Of a stretch of 64,000 bases of DNA, positions 38,151 through 50,110 are shown piece by piece; positions within the stretch are counted from its first letter, which is position 1, and every line of letters begins with the position of its first letter. The stretch is from Podarcis gaigeae (Eukaryota): assembly GCA_964106915.2 (NCBI GenBank), contig OZ066914.1; one strand, given 5' to 3'. The position numbers were made by a program, and so were the translations under genes. The notes beneath the pieces are model-generated. The model was given only the letters and a program-made list of their open reading frames with translations, was not told the origin of the DNA and searched no databases.

Positions 38151-39183
38151 TGGGGGGATACTTATAATTCAGATGCTATTTACCTGTTTATGAAAGGATA
38201 GTGCGGATGAAGTGTACTGTAATGGAATAGTCTACTGTTTCTGGTAAAAAGAAGAAGACCAGACTATATTTATTCCAATTGTAAAAGACTTTTAAAAAAT
38301 TAAATAGCATGGGCATCAACTTCTAAGAAGGAGAAAGCCCTTATGTCCCTTTAAGAGCTCTAAAATAGAAAACATTCAGCAAGGGCATTTTCCCCCAACC
38401 ATTGCAACAGAATAGTGGGGAAATTGGCCTGTTTGGAACACCTGTTTTCTTTAGAATTGACAAAGGGTCATAATCCGGTCCTCCTTTAGAATATGATTAT
38501 TCTTTCCAAAGCAATTGAAAGATAATTATTAAAAGTGCATGTAACATTTTGAAAATTACAGGAGTGCAATAGAAAATGAAGGAGGGATGTATGCCCAAAA
38601 TGTGAACAAAATTCATATGAACCAGTCACTAAATAGGACCTTTTCTGACGCTTTTTCTTGTGCCTATGATGACCACTTTGTTATAAATGGGTCAGCAAGA
38701 GGCTTGTTAACTGCATGCAGGCCACCTCTACTCAGTCTGAGCTGTGTAGCTTTGTCAGAGGTGTGCAAAATCCCCAAGTCCGCTTAAGGGAAATATAACA
38801 GTTGACTTATTATGAGCAAGGAGCTGTCATGGGCACAAGGGGGAAAATGTCCATCAAAACAAGGCACTGACCCCCAGACTGTGAGGAAGAAGTGGAATGT
38901 GTTTCATATTCTTTCAAACTGCCTATCAACATACCCTAGCTTAGTAGGTTTTTTAATAAAAAAAAATACACTCTGACATGCTGGTTCATTTTGTCTCCAA
39001 AACTGGTAGCTGTATTTAAGCTTCCTGTCAAGAAAAGCCACAGAAATTTGGATGGTTGTGAGTAGGACCACAAAAGTTGCTTCACCGAAGGGGAGAGGTT
39101 TACTTAGGGTTAAACCAACCTGTTCTATATTCTTCCTTGACTATAAGCAAAATTTATGATGAAGGGTTTGTGATAGCTAAGAG

Positions 39184-39319
39184 CAGGCATCCCCAAACTC
39201 GGCCCTGCAGCTGTTTTGGGACTACAACTCCCATCATCCCTAGCTAACAGGACCAGTGGTCAGCGATGATGGGAATTGTAGTCCCAAAACAGCTGGAGAG
39301 ACAAGTTTGGGGATGCCTG
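39184..39319. mobile_element. hAT MITE with 8-bp TSD
   Basis: TIRs caggcatccccaaact / agtttggggatgcctg; near-palindromic body; gctaagag at 39176-39183 and 39320-39327. Confidence 0.9.
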
Positions 39320-39499
39320 GCTAAGAGAATTAAACATTCATCTACATTGTGAAATGTATGCCACAGAGCATTACCTTCATGTGGCTTAACTCAGGGATTA
39401 ATATATACATATTATTATTATTTTGGAATGCTGAGGAATCATTATTGGAGCATCGTTAATCTTGACTGATTTTCCCAATTTATTTCTTTTTCCTGATTT

Positions 39500-39675
39500 T
39501 TGTATTTATTTATTTATTTATTTGTTTGTTTATTACATTTATAACCCAGCTTTCCTCCAAGATGCTCAGGGTGACCTACAGGGTTCTCCTCCAATCCCCA
39601 GTTTATTTTCACAACAACCCTGTGAGGTGGGTTAAACTGAGAAATAGTGACTGGCCCAAGGTCACCTAGCTGAGT
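39500..39675 (-). mobile_element. MIR/CORE-type SINE relic with (TTTA)n tail
   Basis: cacaacaaccctgtgaggtgggt...gactggcccaaggtcacctagctgag. Confidence 0.7.
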
Positions 39676-41467
39676 AGGATTAATTACTTTTAGATATGAA
39701 AGATGAGGCCATATGTTACGGCGACATACCACATTGCGAAAATGTTTTCACACGCGCGCAAGCACACACCTCTTATTCCCGCTCTAAACAATGTATATGT
39801 CTACTTAACGAAAGCTTTGTCTGACCATTTTAGAAACCCCTCTACTGTGAACTAATGTTGTTTTGCTTTATTATTCTGCCCGTGTTTGGAAAAGTGGCTT
39901 AAAAAACCCTCCCAAAACTTGCTCAGCTTAATTCAAAATAAAGATTGCAGGCTTACATGACGACCAGCAGTCAGATACTGTAGCACCAGTGATAATGTAC
40001 AGGCACAACTTGCGAGTAACCAAGGAGAGCAGATAAATTTAGAGGGCTCTTGGGAACTTTCCCTGCTCCACACTTCAATGATGAACAAATTTAGAAAGAT
40101 CCCACACTGTTTCAAGAATTGGCCTGAGTCACTCGACAGCCCTTCTCAAGTTTCAGGCCTAAGTGGAGAACCTCCTCTCAGTTTGGCTGCATCTCCCTCC
40201 AGAGCCATTTGGCTAAGCTGATTTGACAGCAGAGCTGTGGTGCAAGTCTGTGGCTGCATTCACATGGCCAAAGATGGGTTTGTTCTGAAGCTGACATCGG
40301 GGTGCTTTGCTCATTTCAGTACCATGGGTACAAAGTTACATGACGGCTTCCCTCAGCATCTGCAGTAGAGAGACGATAAAATAGACATGCTTAAGCTACC
40401 TTGTGAGAGAGGCGAAGCAAGCGGTTGTAGCACAACAGGTTTTTACTTGTCGCTACACTACATTGTCTTTCTCACACACAGCAAAAAGTGATCTGGCCCT
40501 GGACTGACTATGATTGAGAGACACAGGATGGATGTTATTTTGATTCATTTTGAGCAAATCTTGACTGGACAGAGGAAATTCTTGCCCTTTCCCCCTGTGA
40601 CTGTCTGGGGTGGGGAAAAACTAAATGGTACATTAAATGGACATAAGCATTTAATGGGTTTTGTTTTACTTTGAAAGTAAAAGCGGTGCGTGATCATGGT
40701 GGTGTATTTTCACCAGGATAGTAGAGCAGAGGGGGGAAATGTCAGTTCTCTCCTGATCTTCCTCACAGCTACTATTTTTTTTAGAATAAAAACATAATAT
40801 GCTAAATGCAATTAATTTCTTCTTGTCTGGCCCACGGACTGACAAGAGGAACCACACTGTGTTGATCAAGAAACAAAATGGGTACAACCGCTCTAGCCTT
40901 TGGGTATGTGCTTCTCCTGTAATTTGTGTACGATCCTTTAATGCGCAATTTTAGTGGAAATCCTTGAATCTGCTAGCAGAGGCCAATGAGGTTTTGGCTG
41001 AAAAAGAGAGAGGGCGGTGTGACATGGCTTAGCCGTCCAATGGTAGCTAGAGGCTGTGAGCCTGGTGCATTATGATAGTCTCCCATTAAGAGGAGACACC
41101 GGGTGTTTGACAGCTCAAGTTCCATCATGTGACATAGGTCTAGGAGGCATCAGTATCAGGGCTTGGCTGCTTAGGTTTAGCATTTCTTGCACGAAAATAG
41201 CTGCCACACCAGGTGCAACTTTCCCCACCGTGTTCAGTTTCAACTGCAAAAATCCCCTTTGAATAAGCCTCTGGCAATGGAAAACAAAGTGCAGATCAGG
41301 GTTAGTCCTCCCCCTCCCCTTTCCCTTTTTTATGTAATTGCATGATTTCAATGTAAACATTATGATATAAGTGGCAGAGAGAGAGAGAGAGAGGTTACCT
41401 ACAACTGTTCTATAACCAGTCCAGTATTTGTGCAAGCTTCTCTTCTGAATCAATGTCCACAATGCTT

Positions 41468-41500
41468 TTAAAGAGACAAGTGTTTCTCCCTTTCTCTGTG
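41468..41500 (-). CDS. TCF15-like bHLH gene, coding exon 2 (HREREKHLSL*)
   Basis: Acceptor tgcctttattctatttgcag| then CAC AGA GAA AGG GAG AAA CAC TTG TCT CTT TAA in phase 0; a short charged C-terminal exon at the same position as in SCX/TCF15. Confidence 0.8.
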   Translation of the reverse strand, partial: HREREKHLSL

Positions 41501-42396
41501 CTGCAAATAGAATAAAGGCATCCATTATAACGAGGCAGTGCACATAAACCATACATTAAAGTTTTATTTCAGTTCAGTTGTCAGTGGCCATCTCACCCAA
41601 ATTTTACCTGTTAATATAAAAGGTCCTAGCCACCAAAGCAGAGATAAGCTTCACCTGTGCACTTCACGGTTGGTTGGGGTTTAAACGCCTGAACATTTCA
41701 AACACTGACAGTCTCAGTTTTGAAATATGAAATTTATGTATATAAATTCTTTTCAGTGCAAGCTATAAAATAGACCAGGCACAATGAAGCTAAAAGAAAG
41801 GGGGGAAATATTCTTTTTTAAAAAAAATATTCTATTGAGGAAGAGAAAGAGAAAAATCTTCATACAGTATGGAACAAAATAAAAGGAAAACACACAAAGG
41901 CCCCAAATGTAAACAGGATGTTACACTTGGCAGGTGATGATGCAAATCCCCAAAATAAGAGGGAAATGCAAATTATTTTTCCCAGCTACAACACAAAGCA
42001 AACTGCAGCTTTTGCACATTTATTCAAGCAATGCTCACATGAAGGGAGTGAGTTTTTGTAAGGAACATGCTTTAAAAAGAAGGAGTGTGCGCGCACACAC
42101 ACATGGTGCCCGAACAGTTTCAGACAAGGATTGTCTGTTCTGTACATATTTTGGTTCCCCAACTGGACACACTGAGTTAACGAAAGCTCTAGTTCACCTT
42201 TCTGATACGTTCCTCAATTTGATGCCAGTTCAGGTGCAGGCTTTAAAGCCGATGACCAGAGCAGAGGCTCACCTTCCTGCAAAATTCTCCCTTGCTACAC
42301 CTCTGCTGAAAACAACCCCAATCCGTGCAGGCCACAGCTTGCGGTGTATATGTTTGGGGGATGGGGATGTTACTGAGTGCTAGATGCCAGCCTTAC

Positions 42397-42882
42397 CAGC
42401 TTCCTCTGGTTGCTCAGGCAGAAGGTACAGATTGGTCTTGGTGCTGTTGCTGTGCCGCCGCCCTGCAGGAGAGGCTGGTATTGCAAGCAGGGCTGCCTGG
42501 AAGGCAGCTGTTGCTCCCCCAAGCTCTCGCTCAGTTGCGGTGGCTGCTGCTGCTGCTGCTGCTGTAGGAGCAGCATGTTAGCCAGGTGGGAGATGTAGCT
42601 GGAGGCCAGGCGCAAGGTCTCTATCTTGGACAGCTTGCGGTCTGCGGGCTCGGTTGGGATGAGGGTGCGGAGGGTGCTGAAGGCTGTGTTCACGCTGTGG
42701 GTTCGGTCCCTCTCCCGGGCATTGGCAGCTTGCCTCTGCTTGCTCAGCCCGCTCAGCCGAGGGCTCTTCCGCTTGCGCTTCCCTTGGGCTCCGGTGGAAG
42801 TCAAGGATTTTCCGGAGCTGCTCTCGCTGCTGCCGCTCTCCAGTTCCTCCAGGTCGGATGCAGCACCCCCGCTCGACTTCAT
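42397..42882 (-). CDS. Paraxis/scleraxis-family bHLH transcription factor (transcription factor 15-like), coding exon 1
   Basis: b[61 protein letters not shown] and family motif [11 protein letters not shown]; Kozak-like ctcaccATG with upstream in-frame stops; donor CTG|GTAAGG at 42396 right after NQRKL; spliced product 172 aa, intron 41501-42396. Confidence 0.93.
42544..42564 (-). repeat. (CAG)7 polyglutamine tract inside the bHLH gene
   Basis: Seven CTG units on the + strand directly after helix 2. Confidence 0.95.
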
Positions 42883-42899
42883 GGTGAGCCCAGCAGCCC

Positions 42900-43170
42900 C
42901 TCGGCCCCATCACTTTTATGCACAGCAGCTGCCACATTGCTCCTGTTAGCATCAGCCGCTGCTCTCCCAACTCCCCTCCAGCAGCAGGGTCATTTTTTGA
43001 ATGGTTGCTCCTTTTAGATCTAGCATATGGTTGCTCTGTAAATAAGGCGAAGGAGGTGGAGCTGCCACCTCAAAGTAGCTGCACAGCTACGCCGGAGCTG
43101 TGCACCTGTTTCCCCCTTGTCATGTAAAAATGTGCAAGCTCTCTGGGAAGCTGCAGTGAGCATGTGCAGT
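42900..43170 (-). promoter_or_regulatory. Putative proximal promoter / 5' region of the bHLH gene
   Basis: TATA-like CATAAAA (about 42915-42921) and TATTTA (about 43039-43044); E-boxes CAGCTG 42926-42931, CATATG 43024-43029, CACCTG 43103-43108, CATGTG 43161-43166; motif matches only. Confidence 0.35.
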
Positions 43171-43263
43171 GGGGAAATGGAAGCCCTTTCCCCAACCTTT
43201 GCCCTCAATTTCAGTAAGTTCACAATTCACAGTGACTACATATTTAAAAGGTTGAAATACTGT

Positions 43264-43670
43264 ACATAGGAAGCTGCAATATACTGAATCAGACTATACT
43301 GAGTCCATATAGCTTGGTACAGTGGTACTTCGGGTTACAAACACTTTGGGTTACAGACTCCGCTAACCCGGAAGCAGTACCTTGGGTTAAGAACTTTACC
43401 TCAGGATGAGAACAGAAATCGCGCGGCGGCAGCAGGAGGCCCCATTAGCTAAAGCGGTACCTCAGGTTAGGAACGGTTTCAGGTTAAGAATGGACCTCTG
43501 GAACGAATTAAGTTCGTAACCAGAGGTACCACTGTATTACCTATAGTGGCTGACAGGGCCTTTCTCCAGGATTTCAAGAAGGAATTATTCCCAGCTGTAC
43601 TCTGAGGACACCAGGAATTGAACCTGGGACTTTTTGCATGGGAAGCAGATGCTCTACCACTAAGCTACAG
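43264..43670 (-). mobile_element. tRNA-derived SINE (Squam3-like) interrupted by a mariner-type MITE
   Basis: Minus-strand head ctgtagcttagtggtagagcatctgc...ccaggttcaattcctgg; tail gcagcttcctatgt; MITE inserted at 43320-43534. Confidence 0.75.
43320..43534. mobile_element. Tc1/mariner (Tigger-like) MITE with TA TSD
   Basis: TIRs cagtggtac(t/c)tc..gttac / gtaac..gaggtaccactg flanked by TA. Confidence 0.88.
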
Positions 43671-43986
43671 TTATTCCCTGGTTTCTACTGTTAGGAAAGA
43701 CATGCATTTCTGGGACACATTTTTAAAAGTGTATGTGTTACTCTCACATCCAGGTACATTCATGCTTCCCCAAAATTCATATACCTGCTTCCATCCATTT
43801 CCACACACAAATACTCTGTGTATCCAGCTTCTTTTCAACAGGCTTTTGAAGGAATAGCTCTAATATAATAATTCACAGATTAGCCTTTTTGTAATACTTT
43901 GCAAAGCACTCATAGTACCACTAATATCTTGACTTAAACTGATGGGCATCTTACCTCAGTCATACAGTTTGCATGACTGAGGTTTT

Positions 43987-44240
43987 NNNNNNNNNNNNNN
44001 NNNNNNNNNNNNNNNNNNNNNNNNNNNNNNNNNNNNNNNNNNNNNNNNNNNNNNNNNNNNNNNNNNNNNNNNNNNNNNNNNNNNNNNNNNNNNNNNNNNN
44101 NNNNNNNNNNNNNNNNNNNNNNNNNNNNNNNNNNNNNNNNNNNNNNNNNNNNNNNNNNNNNNNNNNNNNNNNNNNNNNNNNNNNNNNNNNNNNNNNNNNN
44201 NNNNNNNNNNNNNNNNNNNNNNNNNNNNNNNNNNNNNNNN
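43987..44240. other. Assembly gap (254 N)
   Basis: Run of N. Confidence 1.
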
Positions 44241-45140
44241 AAGAATATATAAAAGCTAAATGGAACGGAGAGAATTTTTGATGAATAGTTTTAATGTAAT
44301 TAACTGGTGCATTTGGAATTAACTTAGCACTGTCTATTGATTTTTCCATACCTAAAATAAGGCTGCCATATGTCCAGATTTTTCTGGACATTCAAAGGTG
44401 GAATTGACATCTGGGGAGAATTTCCAAAAGGTGGTGCTTTGTTCCAGATTTTATACAGGTCAATCAACAGAGGCACTACTAATATTAAGCATATGCCTTA
44501 ATTATTTGGGGTTATAAGTTTATCACCCATGTCCTTGAACTACAGCCCTTCATCCCTTGTTGATTTGGACTGTGTTTTCATTCTTTCCAAACTTCATCAG
44601 GCAATTCTAGGCCCTGTCAGCCCTCTACTGCCCCAAACTTTCCCTATTGCCAGTCCCCCTGTCCCAGTCATTTTGTCACCTTCCTGTTTACCAAAGGTAC
44701 CTTTTCGGCAGATGTGTTAAGGGTGTCAAAGCAGGGTTGGCCGATCCCATTTCACCACCTGAAATGGGAAAGTTCTGCTTTCCCACCCCTGCTGCCGAAG
44801 CCTTGCTTACCGGGGTCTCACATCATTATCGTCTTCTGGTGAGATCTCAAGCAATCACATGACACTCTTTAGATCTTTGTAAGATCTTTCTCGAAGCTGC
44901 TGCTGCTGCATGACCTTGGTGATGCCCCATGGGATTCCTCTGCCTGAGGTGACTGCTTTAGTCCACCTCATAGACAGGCGAGACCTGTGTGAAAGAGATG
45001 ACTACTCCTTGGGCCTCAAACAAGAGATGTTCAACTTGAAGACGCCTGGGAATGGTAGTTTATCGAGGTCTCCATGTTCAAGGTCCCAGTAGTCCTGGCA
45101 TCTTACATTTCCTATTATGTTTGAGCCACTAACTTAACTA

Positions 45141-45366
45141 CAGTGGTACCTCAGGTTAAGAACTTAATTCGTTCCAGAGGTCCGTTCTTAACCTGAAACT
45201 TTTCTTAACCTGAAGCACTACTTTAGCTAATGGGGCCTCCCGCTGCTGCCGCACCGCCGCCGCACGATTTCTGTTCTCATCCTGAAGCAAAGTTCTTAAC
45301 CCAAGGTACTATTTCTGGGTTAGTGGAGTCTGTAACCTGAAGCGTACGTAACCCGAGGTACCACTG
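45141..45366. mobile_element. Tc1/mariner (Tigger-like) MITE with TA TSD, opposite orientation to 43320-43534
   Basis: cagtggtacctc...gaggtaccactg flanked by TA; body is the reverse complement of the 43320 copy. Confidence 0.88.
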
Positions 45367-47223
45367 TATAAGGCTTTCAGATTTAAGCAACCTTCTCTTA
45401 TGCAGCCCTTTGTTGCTGCTGCTTTGATCGCAAAAAGGTCAACCCATGAGAGAGGAAAAGGGCCTTGGTGAGCACAGCTCAGAAAAAGCCAAAATTATTC
45501 ATGAGCTGAACTGCAATTCAGAGTGATTTGGGTTCATGCCATTAATTTCCAAGCTGTGGGGGGGTCATTTCTGAATCACCCCCATTCCGAAAATCTGCAA
45601 TGTCATGCCATGAACTGTTTGCCTCCCGTCTCAAACAACTGGTCCCCAAGATGGGAAGGTGTGTCTTCATGTGCATCATATAGTGCATGCAGCCAGGTCA
45701 AGGGTGTCTGGATAAGCACTGCAATGAACTTTTGTATAAACACTGACCAACATGCCAATATAAATGCCTTTCCTGCATATACATAGACCTCTTATCATTT
45801 TGAACTGGACAGATGATGGCTGGATGAACTTCTATCACTTTTTCTTCCAAGCACCAGTCATGCATACTTAATATGGACCATTTTTGGCCGTTTTCAAAAC
45901 ATGCCTTCCTCAACCATTTACTTATTAAAAGGTTAGCATTTGCACTCATTCATTATGCATGGCTTTTCCATAAAAAATGACAGCGCCATCACACTTTAAA
46001 GCCCCAGAAAGGTCACAGTCCAGGTTTTCCCAGCTGAATCATGTGACTGGCACTCAAACTAATTGCCAGAACTAAATAACCATTTTTACGTGACCCCCCT
46101 TCAGAAGATTATTGTCATTGTTTGTCTAAATATTGATCAGCTTTTCCACTCTAGTGTTGAGTTACCAGAGATGCCTCCCTCTTATCACAAATGCAAATGC
46201 TCCAAAATGGCCAGCTGCTTTGACATTCTTGGCCTAGAGTGTCATCATGCCATCTTGCAAACATTGCTAATGCCTATTTGTGGTTTCGTGACTGCCACAC
46301 AATAGTCTCACTATTGCTGTGTGATGCAGTCCTTCAGGCTCAGCATTGATGTTTCATGGTTTAAGCAGAGAAATCCACAGAATTGAACATAGCCAGAAAA
46401 ACACACTCCACAAATTGTGCTTCTTGTGCAATGCATTCATTATTCACTAATATAATCATTGAAATGACATATTGATAATTGATTTTAGCTAGGCTTCATG
46501 TGGCTAATTCCAGGAGAGCAAGGAGGGTTTTAGTTTGTGTTTCTTGAACAGTACTACCCAATGCAACATTGGCCACCTTGTACTTTCTGCCTATTGATGG
46601 GCAAAATCTCCTTTGCTTAATTTGGAACCAACTGGTACTGAGAAGCTTTTCATGAGGCTTTCGTTCTTTTCCAACAGTGTGGAGCGCAGCTGTATAGCTA
46701 CTAGCCAGAGGAAAGCCCCCAAGAGGGAATATGGGAGAAATATACGAGAAGATTACAAGCCAGTAAATTTTCTCTAGGTTTGGAATGTTGTTGCATGCAC
46801 TCTTAAAGTACCATGTACATGACCATATTGCTCCCTGGGAGTCTCTTTTTAGTTTAAGCTGCCCTGTGCCAGCCATAGCTGAGAGTCTCCTGGAAATCCA
46901 TCCAGCAATATTCAGACAAATACAGAAAAATAAATCGAAGAACAGTCGACATTTCTTGCCAGATTCCAAGCAATTTCTGTAGTTCTTTATGTATACTTGC
47001 AGCATCATGGTCATATCATACCAGTCCTTGTATTTTTTGTAGGATTGCCCTTTGCTGTTTGACATCTGAATCCAGGAAAATGGGTATCACTGAATATTTC
47101 CCTCTCTCATAACAAAACCAGCCCAACATCAACACATATAGGTTTCAGGGGTTGGTTTTGTGATAGGGAAATTTAATAAGCACAAGCCAAAATGGCAAGG
47201 TGTCAAATTTTATTCTAGCATTT

Positions 47224-47923
47224 CATACCCTCTAACATTCCTCAGATGAAAGTAGGGACATTTCTCACTCCCCTCCCCGCACAACTGACCCCCCCATTTT
47301 TGTTGCCCCCCCCAGCATTTCTTATCAGAAGAAGGCTGAGTGCCACCACCACTACAGCAATGGGACACACCACACACCCCCTCCACCGTCCCTTAATCCC
47401 AATTTTATTTTTTATTCTTTTCTTACAAAAAGAAAAACACACAACAAACAGGCATGGTTAGACATGGATGCACAAAGCATTTTAAAACAAGCAAGCAAGC
47501 AAGCAAGCAAGCAAACAAACAAACAAACAAACAAACAACTCCAAGACTCCTTGCACTCTGCTCTGCTCCATTTTGCTTCTCATCCAGGGCGGCCCTGCCA
47601 TCTACCTGCCCCTCAGAATCAGTGCATCCACAGGGCCTTGGCAGCTGGGCCTTGGCAGCTGCAGCCTTCCTTACTCCTTGCCCACTCTCCAGCAGTGACT
47701 ACAAGCTGCCCAAGGGAGGAGGCTCACATCACCGGCCATGGAGAGGCTCCCTCACAGCCACAGCTGCCGCCACCACCAGCTCTCCGGACAAGCACTGGCA
47801 CACACTCCTCTCTGAGCTTAGCAGCGGTGGCTCTGGAAGAGGAAATAGGGACACTGTGAGATCAAATTAGGCTTTCATAGTACCAGGACTGTCCCTGGGA
47901 AATTGGGACACTTGGAGAGTATG
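47224..47923. mobile_element. Non-autonomous TIR element of about 700 bp with 6-bp TSD
   Basis: TIRs cataccctctaaca / acttggagagtatg; gcattt at 47218-47223 and 47924-47929; internal (AAGC)n(AAAC)n at 47486-47537. Confidence 0.7.
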
Positions 47924-49192
47924 GCATTTTAGGACCTATTTATCATAGAAAGCTTGGAGACCACACCAGCCAGGAAGTTGGACAGAAATTTCATTGTCTC
48001 TTTTAAACAGGAACAGCTACAGGAAACCCCTGATTCCACCAAGATACAGCAAATTCCAGCGCCATCTAAGCCCTATGCAGGACATTACAATGCAGCCTTC
48101 AGAAGGGGAATGGGAAACCAGGTGGAGGCAATGTGCTATCTCTGCTCCCCTCCCCCCATAATTCCTATTATCCTCAACTTGTGGAGGGTGACTGTGGAAG
48201 GTCCCTGCACATTTTAGAACTCTGATTTTCCATTGTTCTCAAAAGCATAGGGAGCCTCCACAGATACTGGAGGCTGCCCCCTGCAGTCAGCTCCCCACTT
48301 CCAAGTTAAGGGTAATGGGTACAATGACAGAGAGGTGTCAGAGCTTCCATGCTCATCCCCACTGCACTCCTCATGTGTTTTCTGACCAACCGGCATAATG
48401 GCACTTTCCACACACCCTTCCTGAACCTCTTTACTTCTTTTTTTCTGAATTAAGGAAGGGAAACTTGCAGAAGGACTTGAAAGGAGTGAAGCTTTGCAGC
48501 TGATACAACAAAGAGCTAATCCAGTGATTAAGGACAAGAAAAGAGACTTAATGATCCTTGTTTTTAACCCCAAGACTGCTTGAAAGTTCATCAGGAAATG
48601 GCTAGAGAACTCAGAGAGGCTTGTAAAACATCCAAAACATTGGTGGCTTTAATTGCTTCGTTATTGATTGAGATAACATTTAGGAAGGCGCTGTGGGGAA
48701 TGAATCGCCTTAAGGAAGGTGTAATAGCTCAGAGCTGGCATTGTTGCTTGCAACTAATAATATAGGCAAGACTAAGTCTGTGCAAATCTCTCATCATTTT
48801 ACAGGCAACATTTTAATACCCAACTGACAAAGTACAGTCATGGAATTAATAGAAAGAGCCCAAAATTTAATCCGACTCCATGTCATAAGGGCTCTTCCAT
48901 AATAAAACTTGTTTATTCAGTTTTCATTCTGATTCACCTGCACAAAGCTTGCACCACTCTGTGAGGTCTTTATTGAGCATTGGTTCTCATTGGTTTATGG
49001 GCCGGTTGTACAACAACAAGCATTTACCCTGCACTCATTTTGATTTGCTTGTTGGGTGTTTACCTGTCATTTCGGTGTATTTCACCATCACTTTGCTAAC
49101 CACAAAAGTCTGGGTCTTTTAGACTGGATTTGTCGTGCTATGATGACAAAGCACATTGCTCTACTTGAATTTCATAAACCTACAGTCTGAAT

Positions 49193-49559
49193 GGGGGACG
49201 CAGGTGGCGCTGTGGGTTAAAGCCTCAGCGCCTAGGACTTGCCGATCAAAAGGTTGGCGGTTCGAATCCCTGCGGCGGGGTGCGCTCCCGCTGCTCGGTC
49301 CCAGCGCCTGCCAACCTAGCAGTTCGAAAGCACCTCCGGGTGCAAGTAGATAAATAGGGACCGCTTACCAGCGGGAAGGTAAAACGGCGTTTCCGTGTGC
49401 GGCTCTGGCTCGCCAGAGCAGCGATGTCACGCTGGCCACGTGACCCGGAAGTGTCTCTGGACAGCGCTGGCCCCTGGCCTCTTGAGTGAGATGGGCGCAC
49501 AACCCCAGAGTCTGTCAAGACTGGCCCGTACGGGCAGGGGTACCTTTACCTTTACCTTT
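49193..49559 (+). mobile_element. Sauria SINE (distinct, CpG-rich subfamily) with 12-bp TSD
   Basis: tacagtctgaat at 49181-49192 and 49560-49571; diagnostic differences (aagcctcagcgcc, gggaccgcttaccagc) from the other copies. Confidence 0.92.
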
Positions 49560-49601
49560 TACAGTCTGAATCCCTCCTGCAAAATAATGACAGTCTGGAG
49601 G

Positions 49602-49637
<36 letters not shown>

Positions 49638-49942
49638 TAATTAATTTATACCCTGCCCTCCTCAGCCAAGACCGGGCTCAGGGCGGCTAACAACCAATAA
49701 TAAAACAAGTTGATTGAAATACAACTTAAAAAACAAGATTAAAATACAACATTAAAACATTAAAATGCAGCCTCATCATAGGAGGAAAAAAGAAAGGGGG
49801 GGGGGGAATCAAATTGATTCCAAGCCAAAGGCCAGGCGGAACAACTCTGTCTTACAGGCCATGCAGAAAGAAATCAGATCCTACAGGGCCCTGGTCTCAT
49901 GAAACAGAGCGTTCCACCAGGCCAGAGCCAGTGTTGAAAGGC
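49602..49942 (-). mobile_element. L2 LINE 3' fragment with (ATT)n tail
   Basis: (AAT)n followed by tttataccctgccctcc...gggctcagggcggctaacaa...gagcgttccaccagg; same 3' end on the + strand at 54108-54203. Confidence 0.7.
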
Positions 49943-50110
49943 AAGAACACCAATTCAGTAATCAACACAAAATGGCCCCTGCAGATCACTGTTCTCCTTA
50001 AGCAGATAGAAGGGGTTTGAAGAGCTGTGTTAAAAGGGGGAAATGGCTTGGGATTCCTTATACCAAGGATGATAATCCTGTGGCCCTTGTGATGTTGTGA
50101 GGCTATAGCT

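Noticed and set aside
37813-38193. 126-aa ORF rich in I/Y/L/S
   Set aside because: Translation of the (TATC)n microsatellite
42370-42396. Single-exon ending VRLASSTQ* for the bHLH ORF
   Set aside because: A GTAAGG donor at the family-conserved intron position and a matching exon 2 at 41468-41500 explain the sequence better
41468-42882. Assigning the symbol TCF15 or SCX
   Set aside because: Diagnostic residues are mixed and both termini differ; orthology needs phylogeny and synteny
43960-44391. ORFs spanning the N run
   Set aside because: Artefacts of the assembly gap
46496-47065. 189-aa minus-strand ORF
   Set aside because: No recognisable homology or exon structure; length is compatible with chance
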